Source: Octopus vulgaris (Eukaryota). Taken from it: a stretch of DNA of 64,000 nucleotides. Below the pieces are notes generated by a model. The model made no database searches. It saw nothing but the letters and a program-made list of their open reading frames with translations, and was not told the DNA's origin. The stretch covers positions 29,946,001 through 30,010,000 of the forward strand of contig OX597818.1 of assembly GCA_951406725.2 (NCBI GenBank), given 5' to 3'. The translations under genes and the position numbers were made by a program. Of this stretch, positions 49,500 to 62,432 are shown piece after piece (position 1 is the stretch's first letter; the number at the start of each line of letters is the position of its first letter).

Positions 49500-51560
49500 T
49501 AAGCCTTACTAGCTCAGATACAGAGTGTATGCTTTTCCTTCACAAGATTTCATCTTCTCTATATGTATGACACTAGACTTACTGTTGTTGATGACTTCTA
49601 AGTTAACTTGGACAGTCACACCAAACATTTCCTAGAAAAAGAACCTTGATAATTTTTCACTACTTTAATGCCATAGGTGATGCAATAAAAAGAAGATTGC
49701 CTATTTGCTTAGATTGTTACAATATTGACATGGTCAATGATAATAGTTAAAGCCAATTAAGATAGGATGAACAGGACTTAAAACAAGGCAGTTTGTGATA
49801 TAGACTATTCACTTGTCTGCACCAAAGACAGAGGGGTTGATATTCCTGAATGCAACAAACGATTCAAAACCAGAAAAGCCTGTTCACTTTAACTCATTGC
49901 TCTCATATGTCTTCTCTAGAAACTGTAGAAAATGCCATGCAGCCCTTGGACAACTGCAAAACAATCTTTCACATTGCTGCAATAGAATCTTCTGAGAAAA
50001 ATCCTGCAGCACAATAATTGGCATTCATTCTATTTAGAAAGGTTATGCCACTTCAGTGCTACAAATTATAGACTCTTCAGGCCTACAAAATCTTGCCTTC
50101 TACAAGAATCACCAAACACTTGTGACAACTAGAAGCAGAATTCAAGTAACTGTCTGAATTGGCATTAATAACTATTGACTCCTCTACAACTCCCTCCTCC
50201 AAACTGAGACACAAGTAATATCAGGGAAATGTATTCTGGTAAAAAGAAAAAGGGTACCTCAATCAGCAAACCCAAATCTGTAACAATAATTACAGTGAGA
50301 CCAGAATAGATAGAGAAATGGATGGAACTTTACTGAATATCATTGAAGAAAGAAACTTGTTGACCAATCAACTTTGATGGTATTCAAAGTTTCCCATGTA
50401 TGATCAAATTTCCTATCATAGAAGGACTTTATGATTAGATGCCAATAGGCAAAGCCCTAAGAAAAGATTGTATTTTGATAGAGTTCTTGAAAAATAGCAG
50501 GCCAATCTTGCTTGTACTTCTGCAATTGCTTCTCATTCAATATCGGGAAAGGGTACAGTTCCTCTGGGTATTTGAGCTTTTGACTTCATTGATTAAGATG
50601 GTCTTTTTAAGATGATATCATTCACTGACTGCAAACCTAATCTATAATATCATAAGGTCCTTGTATAATGGAATGTTGAGTTCTGTACACTTTGATTGAT
50701 TTGTGTCTTGTGAATTTGGAGGGAAGAGTAGTATTAAATAAGCTTGGTATCTTTATGCTACTCATGAAACAAATATTCAAGAATTCATCTGATATGCAAG
50801 ATGGCTGATTTTTTCAATATAGCCAAACTAAATGTGAATACTAAGATAAGGAAAGTTATTATCAGAGGCATGGCATTTGCTGATGATGAACGCCAAACTC
50901 TGCAGAAGTTTAAAAAGCATAATGGAGAGATTTTTAGGAGTTACATTCAGTCACAAGAAAATTCATTTTATGACATAATGTACTCCAGCACCTCTATGCA
51001 TTATAATCAAAGGTAAGTGACTGGACATAGTACATAAGTTTCAATATCTTTGTTTGTTTGCTATAGATAACATTGCCTGAGAAAGAAAACTGGAAAGAGA
51101 TTGACTGGAAATGAAATTATTACTCTCTCAAGACTCAGAAAATACGGTAGTATAACATCAGAGAATATTGGGCCAAGAAATATGTTTACCAGGATTATGC
51201 TTTGTACAATTATTTATAGCAGTGAGTTGTGGACTACACACTTTTCACAAAAACAACAATTTTCAATATGAGGTGTTCCTGTAGAATCCTTGAGGTTTGC
51301 TGACAGGACAGGATTTCCAGTGTAAGCATATCCTCCGTGTTTTCTTTTCCCACTCCAATGACAATTTTGATAAGTTGAAGATGTTTGTTGTTTGGGTGAT
51401 GGTCATATTCCAAAAGAGCTATTCTCTAATGAACTGGAATTTGGGTGTAAAGGTAAAGGTTACTCGTTCTTTAGATACAAAGATGTGTGCAAGCATGACA
51501 TAAGACTAACCTGGGAAGTAGTCTCAGCAGAGAACCAATCTTGCTCAAGACATGAATGTA
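49500..51560 (+). mobile_element. Ancient, highly decayed RTE/BovB-like LINE in intron 1 of the MAM gene
   Basis: Remnants CDIDYSLV, FNIAKLNVNTKIRKVIIRGMAFADD (50801-50890) and GDGHIPKELFSNEL...RYKDVCKHD (51392-51500). Confidence 0.7.
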
Positions 51561-51779
51561 ACAGTGCTAATAAAAATGATTATTGCAGTCCTCCATACAT
51601 GTGTACATAGAAATGCATGTACATATTTATGGCTATGATCATGTGCACATGAATATGCAAGTGTGCATGCATGTATTTGAATATATTTACAGTGTGTGCA
51701 TTTATGTGCATGTTCATGTGTTATAAATGAGTTTCAGCGTGTGAATGTCTGTATGTACTTGTTTGTTTGATTTGTTTGC

Positions 51780-51822
<43 letters not shown>

Positions 51823-51962
51823 CCTGTGTACCTGAGAGCTTTAAGAGTGATTGATATACAACCACACAGTTTTTTTCCTCACAATATGTCCTAGGCATAC
51901 AGATATCAAATAGACTAATATAAAGTATTTGTTATTTGAAAATAAATCTATTAATGTCTTAC

Positions 51963-52029
51963 CGAGTGCATATGGAAGGATTCCAATCAGCAAAAAGCAG
52001 CTAATTTTTGTGACTTGTAATATAGACAT
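51963..52029 (-). CDS. MAM-mucin gene first coding exon: signal peptide MSILQVTKISCFLLIGILPYAL(G)
   Basis: ATG, hydrophobic core, A-L-G cleavage-type end; donor GTaaga in phase 1 joins exon 2 as G|GT-SWEC. Confidence 0.8.
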
Positions 52030-53225
52030 TCTGCTTCAAATTAAATCTCTCAGTTACAACGATTTTATAAATACAAGTAGAACAACATGTGATGAGGTTC
52101 AAAGTTTCCTTCTTCAAATGTTTTGATAATAAATTATCATGAAGACGATTTTGCTATCATCATTATCCTGTCCACTACCACCACCACCACCACCACCACC
52201 CATACCACCAACACTGCTGCTGCAGCCTCCGCCACTGCCACCCTCCCTCCACCGCTGCTGCCGCCACCACCATCACCTTTACTGATAAAAATTTCAGGAG
52301 ATTTGTGACTGATTCTATTACTGATGATAGTTTAATTTTGACATTTGTGGTCACTGTTGTTATCATTCTCCTTTTTTAAGCTGCTGCAACTGAGATGCAT
52401 TTCATGAGGTAATAAGTAGGGTGACTACTTTCATCCAGAAATGGGTCAAGAGGAAGCTATCACTGAAAGGTTGGCTAATGTGTACATCATGACCATCATC
52501 TATTACTGCTTGTCCCGGCCACTGTCTGATTATGCTGGAGCATATATCTTCTGCTTCTTGTAGAAGGTGTATGTCCCAATAGTCAGAGGGTCTATCTGTT
52601 GTCAACACCCACTGTGCAGTTGGCTTGGGCATGCCATGGTTGATGATGTGCAGACATATGCTGAAGCTGTGACATTTCTTGTACTTCCTTGATGGTGAAC
52701 AGGTGTGGTTACCATTCACCTGACATGTATTTCCTCAGCTGGTCTCTTTAATGAAGCTGCAGCCCTGGATCAAACAAAGATCTTGAAAAGGCATCTCAAA
52801 AGTGGAATGTCTTCAATCCTCACAGCCCTCAACCAGTCAGACACTGTGATAGGTGGAATGTCCAACATAGCTTTCTATAGAGGTTTAGGGGAGTGAAAGT
52901 GTAATGATGTTCTTAGGGAGACCTTGGGTGTTGAAGAAGGTCAGCTAGCTGCTCTTTTCTGGAGAACTTTTGGCCTGGGACCAATGGCTAACTTCCAAAC
53001 ATCTCTCTAAATTGAGTGTTACACATTATTGATATTTTATGTTTCATTATGTTAATCTTGTTTACACACAAAAAAATCACTGCAACATATGCTCACACAC
53101 ATACACACACACACATTCACATTCTTTGTTTTGTCCTGTACTGTCCTTAATGTTTTTCTTAATCACTCTTTGTGATTAATAAAAGAACCACCACCACCAC
53201 CACCACCACCACTACCACCACCACC

Positions 53226-53272
<47 letters not shown>

Positions 53273-53659
53273 TATTATATCGTCTTTGCACAGCTTCTAA
53301 TGCTGGAGATGTACTACGGTGTCAGCTGTTGACTACCAGTGAACTAAGGTTACACCTCTTATTTTTCGAGCAACATCTGGAGTATTTGAGCAATTCCAAA
53401 TATTATTATTATTATTATTATTATTGCTTTTTTTTCTCAGAAAGTACAGTCTTTTTTGTTCTGATAGATTCTGTGAGAGTGGACAGCCACCTGTTGTCAG
53501 AGGTCTCACAGGGTCTCTTTCCACACTTAATACTTGGTTGGTAATTATTGTGAGTGATATTCAACATCCAAGTACCAATCTCAAAATCCTAGCTGTCCCT
53601 AGCAGACCAATGTTTTGGGGATTGCTCCACTCTCATGTCAATTCCGATTTTTTTGACAT

Positions 53660-53874
53660 GGCTGATGCCAGTGCCGCCTTGACTGGCTTCTGTGCCGGTG
53701 GCATGTAAAAAGCACCCACTACACTCATGGAGTGGTTAGCATTAGGAAGGGCATCTAGCTGTAGAAACACTGCCAGATCAGACTGGAGCCTGGTGCAGCC
53801 TCCTGGCTTCCCAGACCCTGGTCGAACCGTCCAACCCGTGCTAGCACGGAAAACAGACGTTAAACGATGATGAT
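53660..53874 (+). mobile_element. RTE 3'-UTR/(GAT)n repeat nested in the Dong/R4 element
   Basis: aaaagcacccactacactc...acgttaaacgatgatgat. Confidence 0.8.
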
Positions 53875-54059
53875 TTCTTGAACTTGGTTATTAGTACTCC
53901 AAGTTCCCCTACAACTACTGGAATGACAGACACTCTCTAAATAGACCACATTCTTGCAATTTCATCTTTTAGCAGTCTGTACTACATTATCTACATTATC
54001 GTGCCTCTGTTTGTAGTGCTTTTGGGCCAGATTACTACACAATATGTGGGATTGTTTCA

Positions 54060-54277
54060 TTTCTTATTTCTTTATTGCCCACAAGGGGATAAACATAGAG
54101 GGGACAAACAAGGACAGACAAAGGGATTAAGTCGATTACATCGACTCCAGTGTGTAACTGGTACTTAATTTATCGACCCTGAAAGGATGAAAGGCAAAGT
54201 CTACCTCGGCGGAATTTGAACCCAGAACATAATGGCAGACAAAATACTGCTAACGATTCTGCCAGCTCGTCGCCTTT
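54060..54277 (-). mobile_element. SINE family A nested in the Dong/R4 element
   Basis: Reverse complement of the 28372-28592 family. Confidence 0.85.
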
Positions 54278-57200
54278 TGTTTGTTTCATTGTTTCATTTC
54301 TACTGCCACACATCCTACAAAGGGGTGATTTACTACTCTTATCTATTTGGAACTAGGTGCAATTAGTTCTCAGAGGTTTTCCTGAGTGCTGCATATCAAT
54401 GCCTTAACACACCCTTTCAGATCACTTTTTTGTAACCGTCTCCAAGTGTTGATCTTGTCTTTCCCTTTGATTTCTCTGAGGTGTTGCCCGTGGAGTGGCT
54501 TCATTTTCCATTTCTTCTCATTGACAACACAGATCTTGCATCCTATGAGACCTCTTCCTCCCCTGTTTCTGGGAACATACAGTCTGTCTGTATCAATTTT
54601 AAGGTGAAGTTCCTTATCAATTGCCATCACATTTCTAGTTTTTCTGTCCATTTCTTCAAGCTCGTTCTTTGTCCACCTAATAACACCTGTGCTGTATTGC
54701 ATTAAGGAAACAGTCAATGTGTTCATTGCCCTGATTCTACTTTTTCCATTGAGTCTACTTCTCATAATTAACTTGGTTCTTCTGATATATTCTTGCCTAA
54801 AGCTTTCCTTCATTTCACTTACCTTGATTTTGTCGTATTCTAAAATCCCCAGACATTTATATCCATTAGTCTCAATATCCTTGATTTTCTCACCATTGGG
54901 TAGCTCTACACCATCAGATGACACTACTTTACCTATTTGTATTATAAGTATACCACACTTTTTAGTCCCAAATTCTATTCTGATATCCTTGCTGAATATC
55001 TACACTGTTGAAACTGGGCCATATATTTCATGTTTGGTGTTTCCAAAGATCTTTAAGTCATCCATATATAACAGATGATTTGATTTCCTCCACTTTTTAA
55101 GGTGTACCCTGATGTCACCTTCCATAATATCTGTCCTATCAATTTGCATCTACGATTTCTTATTATCCTTTTATCAACTAATAAGTAATCTTTTGTTGCC
55201 CTACTTTGTTTCCTGCACCCCTTTCTGTTCTGGAAGTAGATTTTTACTTTCAAAATGGTTGTATAACTCTTTCGGCAGGACACCAGTCATAAGCTTCCAC
55301 ATAAGCGGTAAACAGGTTACAGGTTGAAAATTTGATGCCAAGTTCCCTTTCAAGGGATCCTTTAGGCATAGTAGCATTTGTCCACTTGTTATCCAGGTAG
55401 GGATGTGACCTTGCTGCTGGAAGTCATCTGGTTGTGCTGCAGTCCTTTCATGCAACTGTATAAAGTTCTTCAAGCAATAGCCTTGTACTCCAACCAAGCC
55501 TAGTCTTTTCCAGTTTGCTATTCTTTTAACTTCTGTCTTGCAAGACAAAAGGATGTCAGGTTAATTCTGATGCCTTTTTGTCTTGGTACAGTTACAAGTT
55601 GTCTTTCCACCTTTGTTTGACACCTCACACTTTCTGTATGTCTCACCAGCCTGTTCTAAAATTCTTTACTTTCTTCCTCATCTAGAATCAGTTGCTGGTG
55701 TTGGCCTCCTATTTTCTCAAATAGATGCCTTCTATTTGATTGGAACAGACTATTCTGTTCGAAAACTTTGGATCTAGCATCATATCTTTCAATTTGGCCT
55801 TTAAAGCTGTCACCTTTTGTGTTAATTCTTCATGTACTGTTTGTTTTCCCCTTGCTTCTAACCTGTATTCTCTATTCAAATTTCTGATTACTACCTTATT
55901 ATTGAGCTCTCCTCTCTTTATCCTATTCAATTGCCTCAGTTCTCTCCATGTCTTTTCCAGCTTCATTTGTATTCTCTTCCTCCAGATTGATTCTTTCTTT
56001 TCATTTCCTTTTTATATCTTTAGATTTTTGCTTGTAATCTATTTTGTTAGCTACATCATTAGCAGCAGCTATGATTAGCTGGTTTGTTTCACTGATATTT
56101 TCTGTTTTAATCAAGCTTAAAATATCATTTACTTTGCCTGTGGCTCTCCTCAATTTTTTCTATCCATATATCTACATTTTATCCATACATCTTACATTTA
56201 CTTCATTGTTCCCATCAGACATTTTATCTTGCAACATTTCTAAAATCTTCTCTTCAGCATTCAAGTATTTACTGTCACTTGTCCAACTAGTTTGTCTTCA
56301 CGAGTTACTCTATCAGTATTCTCTGATACTCTGTGATTTCCATTTTTTCCATATATTCTTCATCTCTTATTCCTTCGTTACCTCTTTCTACTACTGCTGT
56401 GTTACTCTCCTTCTACTCATATTTTTTCTATCGTTCTCTGAATTGTTTCAATCTCTACTTCCATAATCCAGTCATTCTTATGGATTTCTCTTGCTTGGTC
56501 GATCAGTCACTGGGTGGATGCTTCAGATCTTCCTTTCACATCTCATATTCTCTTCATTCAATTCATGAACCCTCTTTTATTTTGACTCACTTCTTAGCCA
56601 GAATTCTATTGCTATTTTGTTTGTTTATCCCATTTCATTCTTTTGCTTTTGCACTTTTCACTGCAATTTTGGTCCTGATCAATAGCTTGATGACAACCTG
56701 CTGGAGCTTCATCACAGACTCCCAGCCTGCTATGTACTATACCTTCACTGTTAACAGTTCAAGTCTTGTTAGCACAATTGTGGTTATTATTTAATTTTGA
56801 CCTCACTCATTTAGCGGTGCATTTGTAAGGTTGTACAATCACTAGTATTTTTATTGTGACACCATCACTAGGTGGGTTGCTAGCCAAGGATCTGAGAGTC
56901 CACAACTATGCTTGTATACTCTGTTTTTAATGTCAGTCTTGTTCACTCCACTGTTTAATATCTTTGTATTTGACATTTTCACTTTTGAGAATTTTGGTGT
57001 TGAGATGCCACAAACATTAGTAATTTTATTGAGACACCTTCTCTAGAGGCATTGCCAACCAACGCTAAAGGGATTTCTTCCCCCATGAGTCAGGCTTAAC
57101 CCTGCAAGTCACCAACCTGGTATTTCTAAGCCTTGGGTGGGCTTACAGGTACTACACTTTGCTCAGCAGTGACCTTAAGGCAGTTTTGGTTAAAGGTAAC

Positions 57201-57440
57201 CTTGTTCTTCCAACGTCATGATGTCTGTTATTGAGTTTGTTGAAGCAGGATTTTATAGCTGGGTGCTCTTCCTGTTTCCAAACCTTATCTGTTTCTAAAA
57301 AATTTCTTTATCCTACAAGTCATTGAAAGTACAGATCAACTGGTCATAATATCAATAAGGAATGACAACATCAGCACCAATTTGCTCAACCAGTGACAAA
57401 TATTGGAATATAAATATACATCATATATATATATATATAT

Positions 57441-57960
57441 ATAAATTAAATTAGAGATAAAACCACTATTAGGCAACTCAAACTGTGATAGACATAAACC
57501 AAAACCAAAAATAAATATAATTAATATAATATATAATATATATATAAAATATAAAATTTAAAATTTAAATTATTAAAATTTTAAATTTTAAAAAATTTAT
57601 CTATTTTTAAATTTGTATATTTTTAAATCTTAAATTTTAAAATTTTAAAATTAAAATTTTTTTTACCTAACCAAAAGTATAAAAAAGTTAAATATAATAT
57701 TAGTGTTTTTACTTATATTATATTTAACTTTTTTATACTTTTGGGTAGATAAAAAAGTTAAAATTTAAAAATTTAAAAATATACAAATTTAAAAATAAAT
57801 AAATTAAAAAAAAATTTAATTTTAATAATTTAAATTTTAAATTTTATATTTTATATATATATTATATTAATTATATTTATTTTTTGTTTTTTATGTTTTG
57901 GTTTATGTCTATCACTGTTTGAGTTGCCTAATAGTGGTTTTATCTCCAATTTAATTTATA
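57441..57960. repeat. About 520-bp AT-rich palindrome between (TA)n tracts
   Basis: ataaattaaattagagataaaaccactattaggcaactcaaac... mirrored by ...gtttgagttgcctaatagtggttttatctccaatttaatttata; centre near 57700-57715. Confidence 0.88.
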
Positions 57961-58812
57961 TTTATACTGTGAAATTTGATTTAATTCTAAATCTAATTTT
58001 TCCCTGTAAGTTTGGATATACTCCCTAATATTATATATATATATATATATATTGCAAAACAAACTTATTAACCACAGAGCCATGCCTATGTTTGAAACTC
58101 ATGCTTACATTATTTAGTTTATTGAGGTTGCATTTTAAATTCATTCTCACTAAATGGAAAATCACTGAATTAAAAACAAAGTGTTCACTGTTTAGAAACA
58201 GGACTTTTGATGGAGATGTACACAGGACAACAAAACTGTTCAGCATGAACTTGTCCAGTGCTCAAGCATTGCTGACTTGTGGAGCTATGTCAAACAGTTG
58301 CTGTCATTCAAAGGTTGTATTTATCTATCTGGCAGCTTTGGTAAAAGAGGTTTACTGATAGACAAGACTGAAAGGGTTGAAGAGACACATTCCAATTTGA
58401 CTTAGCCATCAACTTTTGAAGTTTCATTTAAAAAGGAAAATGAGGATACAGATGAAATTGTCATTTGCTAGCATATTTGTTGGCAGGTTGCTGAGAGGGG
58501 TGAGCATGGCCCAAAGGAGCAGATGTGCTCTGAGCATGTACCTGTAAACTAGAAAATAGTCTGGAGAGGGCACTCACAGCTGTAATCAAGATGACCATGG
58601 TTTTTGTGGTCATTCAAAGTGTCCCTGCTTTTTGGAGAATTTGCCATTGTTTAATTTTTTTAATCTATTTTTGTTTTGTCATTTCTCTTGTTTACACATT
58701 TTCATGTAATTTCACTCTGCATTGTCTTGTATCAATCTAGATACTTTTGTCAACCCTTGCAGTTAATAAACCATTATTATAAAACAATTACTGCTATTAT
58801 TGTCACCACCAG

Positions 58813-58950
58813 GGCGGTGAGCTGGCAGAATTGTTAGCATACTAGATAAAATGCTTAGTGGTATTTTGCCCATTGCTATGTTCTGAGTTCAAATTTTGCC
58901 GAGGTCAGCTTTGCCTTTCCTCCTTTTGTGGTCAATAAATCAAGTACCAT
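58813..58950 (+). mobile_element. SINE family A, 5' part
   Basis: ggcggtgagctggcagaattgttagc...gagttcaaatt...gcctttcctcc. Confidence 0.75.
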
Positions 58951-60595
58951 TTTATAAATATTTCATTGAAATACTTATAAAAAGAATATAATTGTCTAAA
59001 AAGAGGCTTCCCCTAATACCTAAGTGTACATAAAAAAAAAAAGAGATTTGTTTCACATACATTTAAAGTTCTATTTGCACACAGATGACTATCACACATA
59101 TTCTATATGACAGAGTACCACAATGGCTAAAATAACATTGTGGAAAATTAAACACAACTAAATGTCCAAGATGAAGAACAAATTGAGCAGTTTAGTGGAC
59201 ATTTAAAAGAAAATGTTCCAAATGCACAAATATGTAATTTGGATGACAGAGACAATACTTACAACAACAAGAGCAATAACAACTCTTAAACAATTCCAAA
59301 CACTATTGCCCATTTATATAGCTGCTATTTGAAAACAAACTTTCTTTTGATGCTAAATGACTAAACAGGATTTTTTAACCAATCACAATTACAGAACAAA
59401 TGCAGATAGGAAAATTTTGTTAAACCCAATAGCATTTCTTTTCCACAAGGGGTAATTAGGGTGGAGGATTTATATCTCTGTCTATAATAAGAAAAAAAAA
59501 TTATATATCTACAATAAGATGAAATGGTCTAAATATCCTCTACACAACCATTTGCTGCACCTTTAAATCTGATAACAGAATCAAAACGTGGGATGAAATT
59601 ATCAGGCTATATGTTGGCGCCTCTGTATATGGGTCAAAGAATTACAAAATTTACAATAAAAGATACTGGATATGATGTAGACCCATGATTAGTGGTGACC
59701 TTTGTGATACAGCATGGTAAAGGAGTCAAAGCAGGTTTGTCCTCCATGCTATGGGCCCTTGTGATCAATAAAAGAAATCATTATTATTATTGTTGTTGCT
59801 TTTGTTGTTGTTGTTGTTATTTTAGATAGGTACTTGTAAAATTGTTTGGATTTGTTGTAGTATTCAGTGATAATGGTGGCGGTAGTGGTGGTGGTTGTGG
59901 TAGCAGTTGCAGTAATAGGAGTGGAAATGTTATTATCAAAGTATAGTAATAGGAGTTCAAAAGTCAATGATCTGAAGAGGATAACAGGGTGCAGACATGA
60001 GTATCCGCTATGTAAATATATAAAGCTATTCTTTTTTCTTATCATTCACAAAAGACATTGTCCTCAATATTAAAATTTATTTCTTTAGTACTATGGGTTA
60101 ACATTGTTACACATGCTAAAGTCAATTCAAAATGACTGGAGAATTAGTTTATTTAGAGACAAAGAAAAAAATAGTTCTGAGTTCAAATGATGTTATCAAT
60201 CTAGTCTTTCACACATTCCTCATGATTTGATGAAATTAATGTATCTGTAAAGAAATGGGTCTAATTTATACTCTGAGATGAGAAGAAAGAAAATAATTCA
60301 TGAGGTGAACACACAACAGTAAGAAACCAAACAGTAATGTATCTATCCATTCTTAATGCATTCTGGCAGATTTGAATGGTAATATTTAATTGCTGCTGTT
60401 TTTCACCATTGGAGAATATCTTCCTTTAGACAGCATGTGTTCCAATCACAGATGGCTCACAGGTATAAGGGGACTTTTAGATACAGCAAAGTTTCGACTT
60501 CATTGTGTGCCTCCTTAGTCATAGCTACTCCAACTGACCAATGAAACTAGCAAAGGTGAAGGCTCTTGATTATAGAAATCAGCAAACAAATTATT

Positions 60596-60734
60596 TGTAA
60601 AATTGGTATATGCTGTTAAGCTACATGGCTATATTTGGTAGCTATTTAAATAATGTGTTCATGGATGGTTAAATGGTTGGATGTGATACTGAAGAAAGAG
60701 CAAGAGCTTTTGAGATATGCATATACACCCGTTA
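60596..60734 (+). repeat. About 137-bp direct repeat, copy 1, ending in a hammerhead-like motif
   Basis: Near-identical to 62433-62569; contains CTGAAGA-aagagc-aaga-gctttt-GAGA-tatgca-TA (60689-60723). Confidence 0.85.
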
Positions 60735-61186
60735 CCTATTTCTCTATCTTCAGTAGCATTGTTTACATAGACATATTTGCATCTGAAAATCAGTGCTGAC
60801 TGTGATTTGTATAGTATATCTGTAGAAATGACTTTAAGACGGTCTTGTTATGTTTGGATTTTTACTGTTCTACTTACACCTAATGAATTATTGGTTTAGC
60901 ATGCATCAGCAGATAATTGTTTATTGATTTTTATGAACAAGAGCCTGTACTCTTGTTAGATTTGTCAGTTTAGCGGGCTGACTTTGAGTAGAGAGACACA
61001 CAATAAGGTTGGAACACTGCAACGTCTCAAAGTCCCCTTACACCAGTGAATTGTGTGTGTAATGAATATACAATCACTGAAAAGATGAGAGGGTCTCCAA
61101 CAACATAAAACAACAGCAATCAGATATTCACATTCAAATGAGAATGAAGGCAACTTAAAAAAATAAAGAAGAAAAATGAGATAATA

Positions 61187-61206
61187 TAATAATAATAATA
61201 ATAATG

Positions 61207-61258
<52 letters not shown>

Positions 61259-62018
61259 AATTATTGTATACAGTGCTCACAACTTATCAAAAGTGCATAT
61301 AAAGCATATGCAATAATGTACAAATGTCTGGGAAGTGAACAGTGTATGAGTCAGATACATGCTTGCGTGTGTATGGAGGGGAGAAAATCAGGTGTAGTGT
61401 TGGCGAATCTCAGGAAACATGGATGCAGTGCTCCAACAACTAACAACTGATGCCAGCAGTTTGTTCCATACTTCAGCAACTCTTAATGTGAAAAATTGTT
61501 TCCGAAAGTCATGGAAGCCGTGCTGTTTTTTGACTTTGTAAACATGTCCACAGGTGTTAGACAAGGGGAGTTTGAAAAGGTGCTCAGAGTTATTGTTAGT
61601 AAGATGGTTAATAATTTTATGGATGTCTGCCAAGTCAGTTGCCAGACATTGGAGTTTCAATGTATCCATGCCCAGGGAAGTAAGGCATTCAGAATATGGC
61701 AAATGCCATATTCTCTTGGTTGCACGTCGCTGAACCCTTTCCAGATGATTAATATCCTGGGCAAGATAGGGGTTCCAGACCGGTGATGCAAATTCCAGGT
61801 GAGGTTGCACCACAGCTATATAAAGCCTCAGATAGATAGCCGGAGAGCGGCTCACAAAGGACTTGGTAAGTGATGCCAAGACACCCTCAGCCTTCTTGGC
61901 AATTTTAGCAATGTGTTTTGTCCAACACAAATCGCTGTCGATAATAATGCCCAGGTCACGTTCACAAGAAGACTTTTTGAGATTAATGTTGTGGAGGGAA
62001 TAAGTAGATGCTGGGTCA
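61187..62018 (-). mobile_element. 5'-truncated CR1-clade LINE with (TTA)n tail
   Basis: CERDLGIIIDSDL..HI, VQPHLEFASPVWNPY, LERVQRRATKRI, FFTLRVAEVWNKL; plus-strand (aat)n at 61187-61256. Confidence 0.9.
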
Positions 62019-62432
62019 ACTAATAAAAACATAAGAAAAAAAAAGAAGATAATGTAATAAAAACATAACTGGCAGAAAATACAACAATCATATATAAGGT
62101 TTGCATCTTCCAAGAACTGAATTATGCATTACAGAAATCTGTGGATTGGTCATAGAAGGGTAATAAAAGACTGATGATAACAATAATTGGACTAAAAAGG
62201 AAGTAAAGAAGTAACAGTGCTTGTGTTTTATACAATGAAAATTGACAAATATAACATTATCAAAATGTATCAATATCTTTTAAGACCTACATATATATAT
62301 ACACACACATATATATATATACATGTATGTTTATGTGCATATTTTGATAGTATAGTATGGTTGTTTAATGAAATATGGTGTCCCTACCAGCAATTAATAT
62401 GTATATACCAATTGCCATGAATGTGTTTATCA

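Larger units (their letters stand above)
53426..56790 (-). mobile_element. Decayed Dong/R4-clade non-LTR retrotransposon ending in (TAA)n
   Basis: N-terminal KRMKW..IDQAREIHKNDWI..EIE; RT-proximal NFQPVTCLPLMWKLMTG; YKCLGILE; DRLYVPRNRGGRGL; C-terminal LLGTARILRLVL; (TTA)n at 53400-53425. Confidence 0.85.

Noticed and set aside
59263-59313. MGNSVWNCLRVVIALVV followed by GTAAGT as an alternative signal-peptide exon
   Set aside because: Phase 0 is incompatible with exon 2 and out of frame with the acceptor before 52030; could be a 5' UTR exon or chance.
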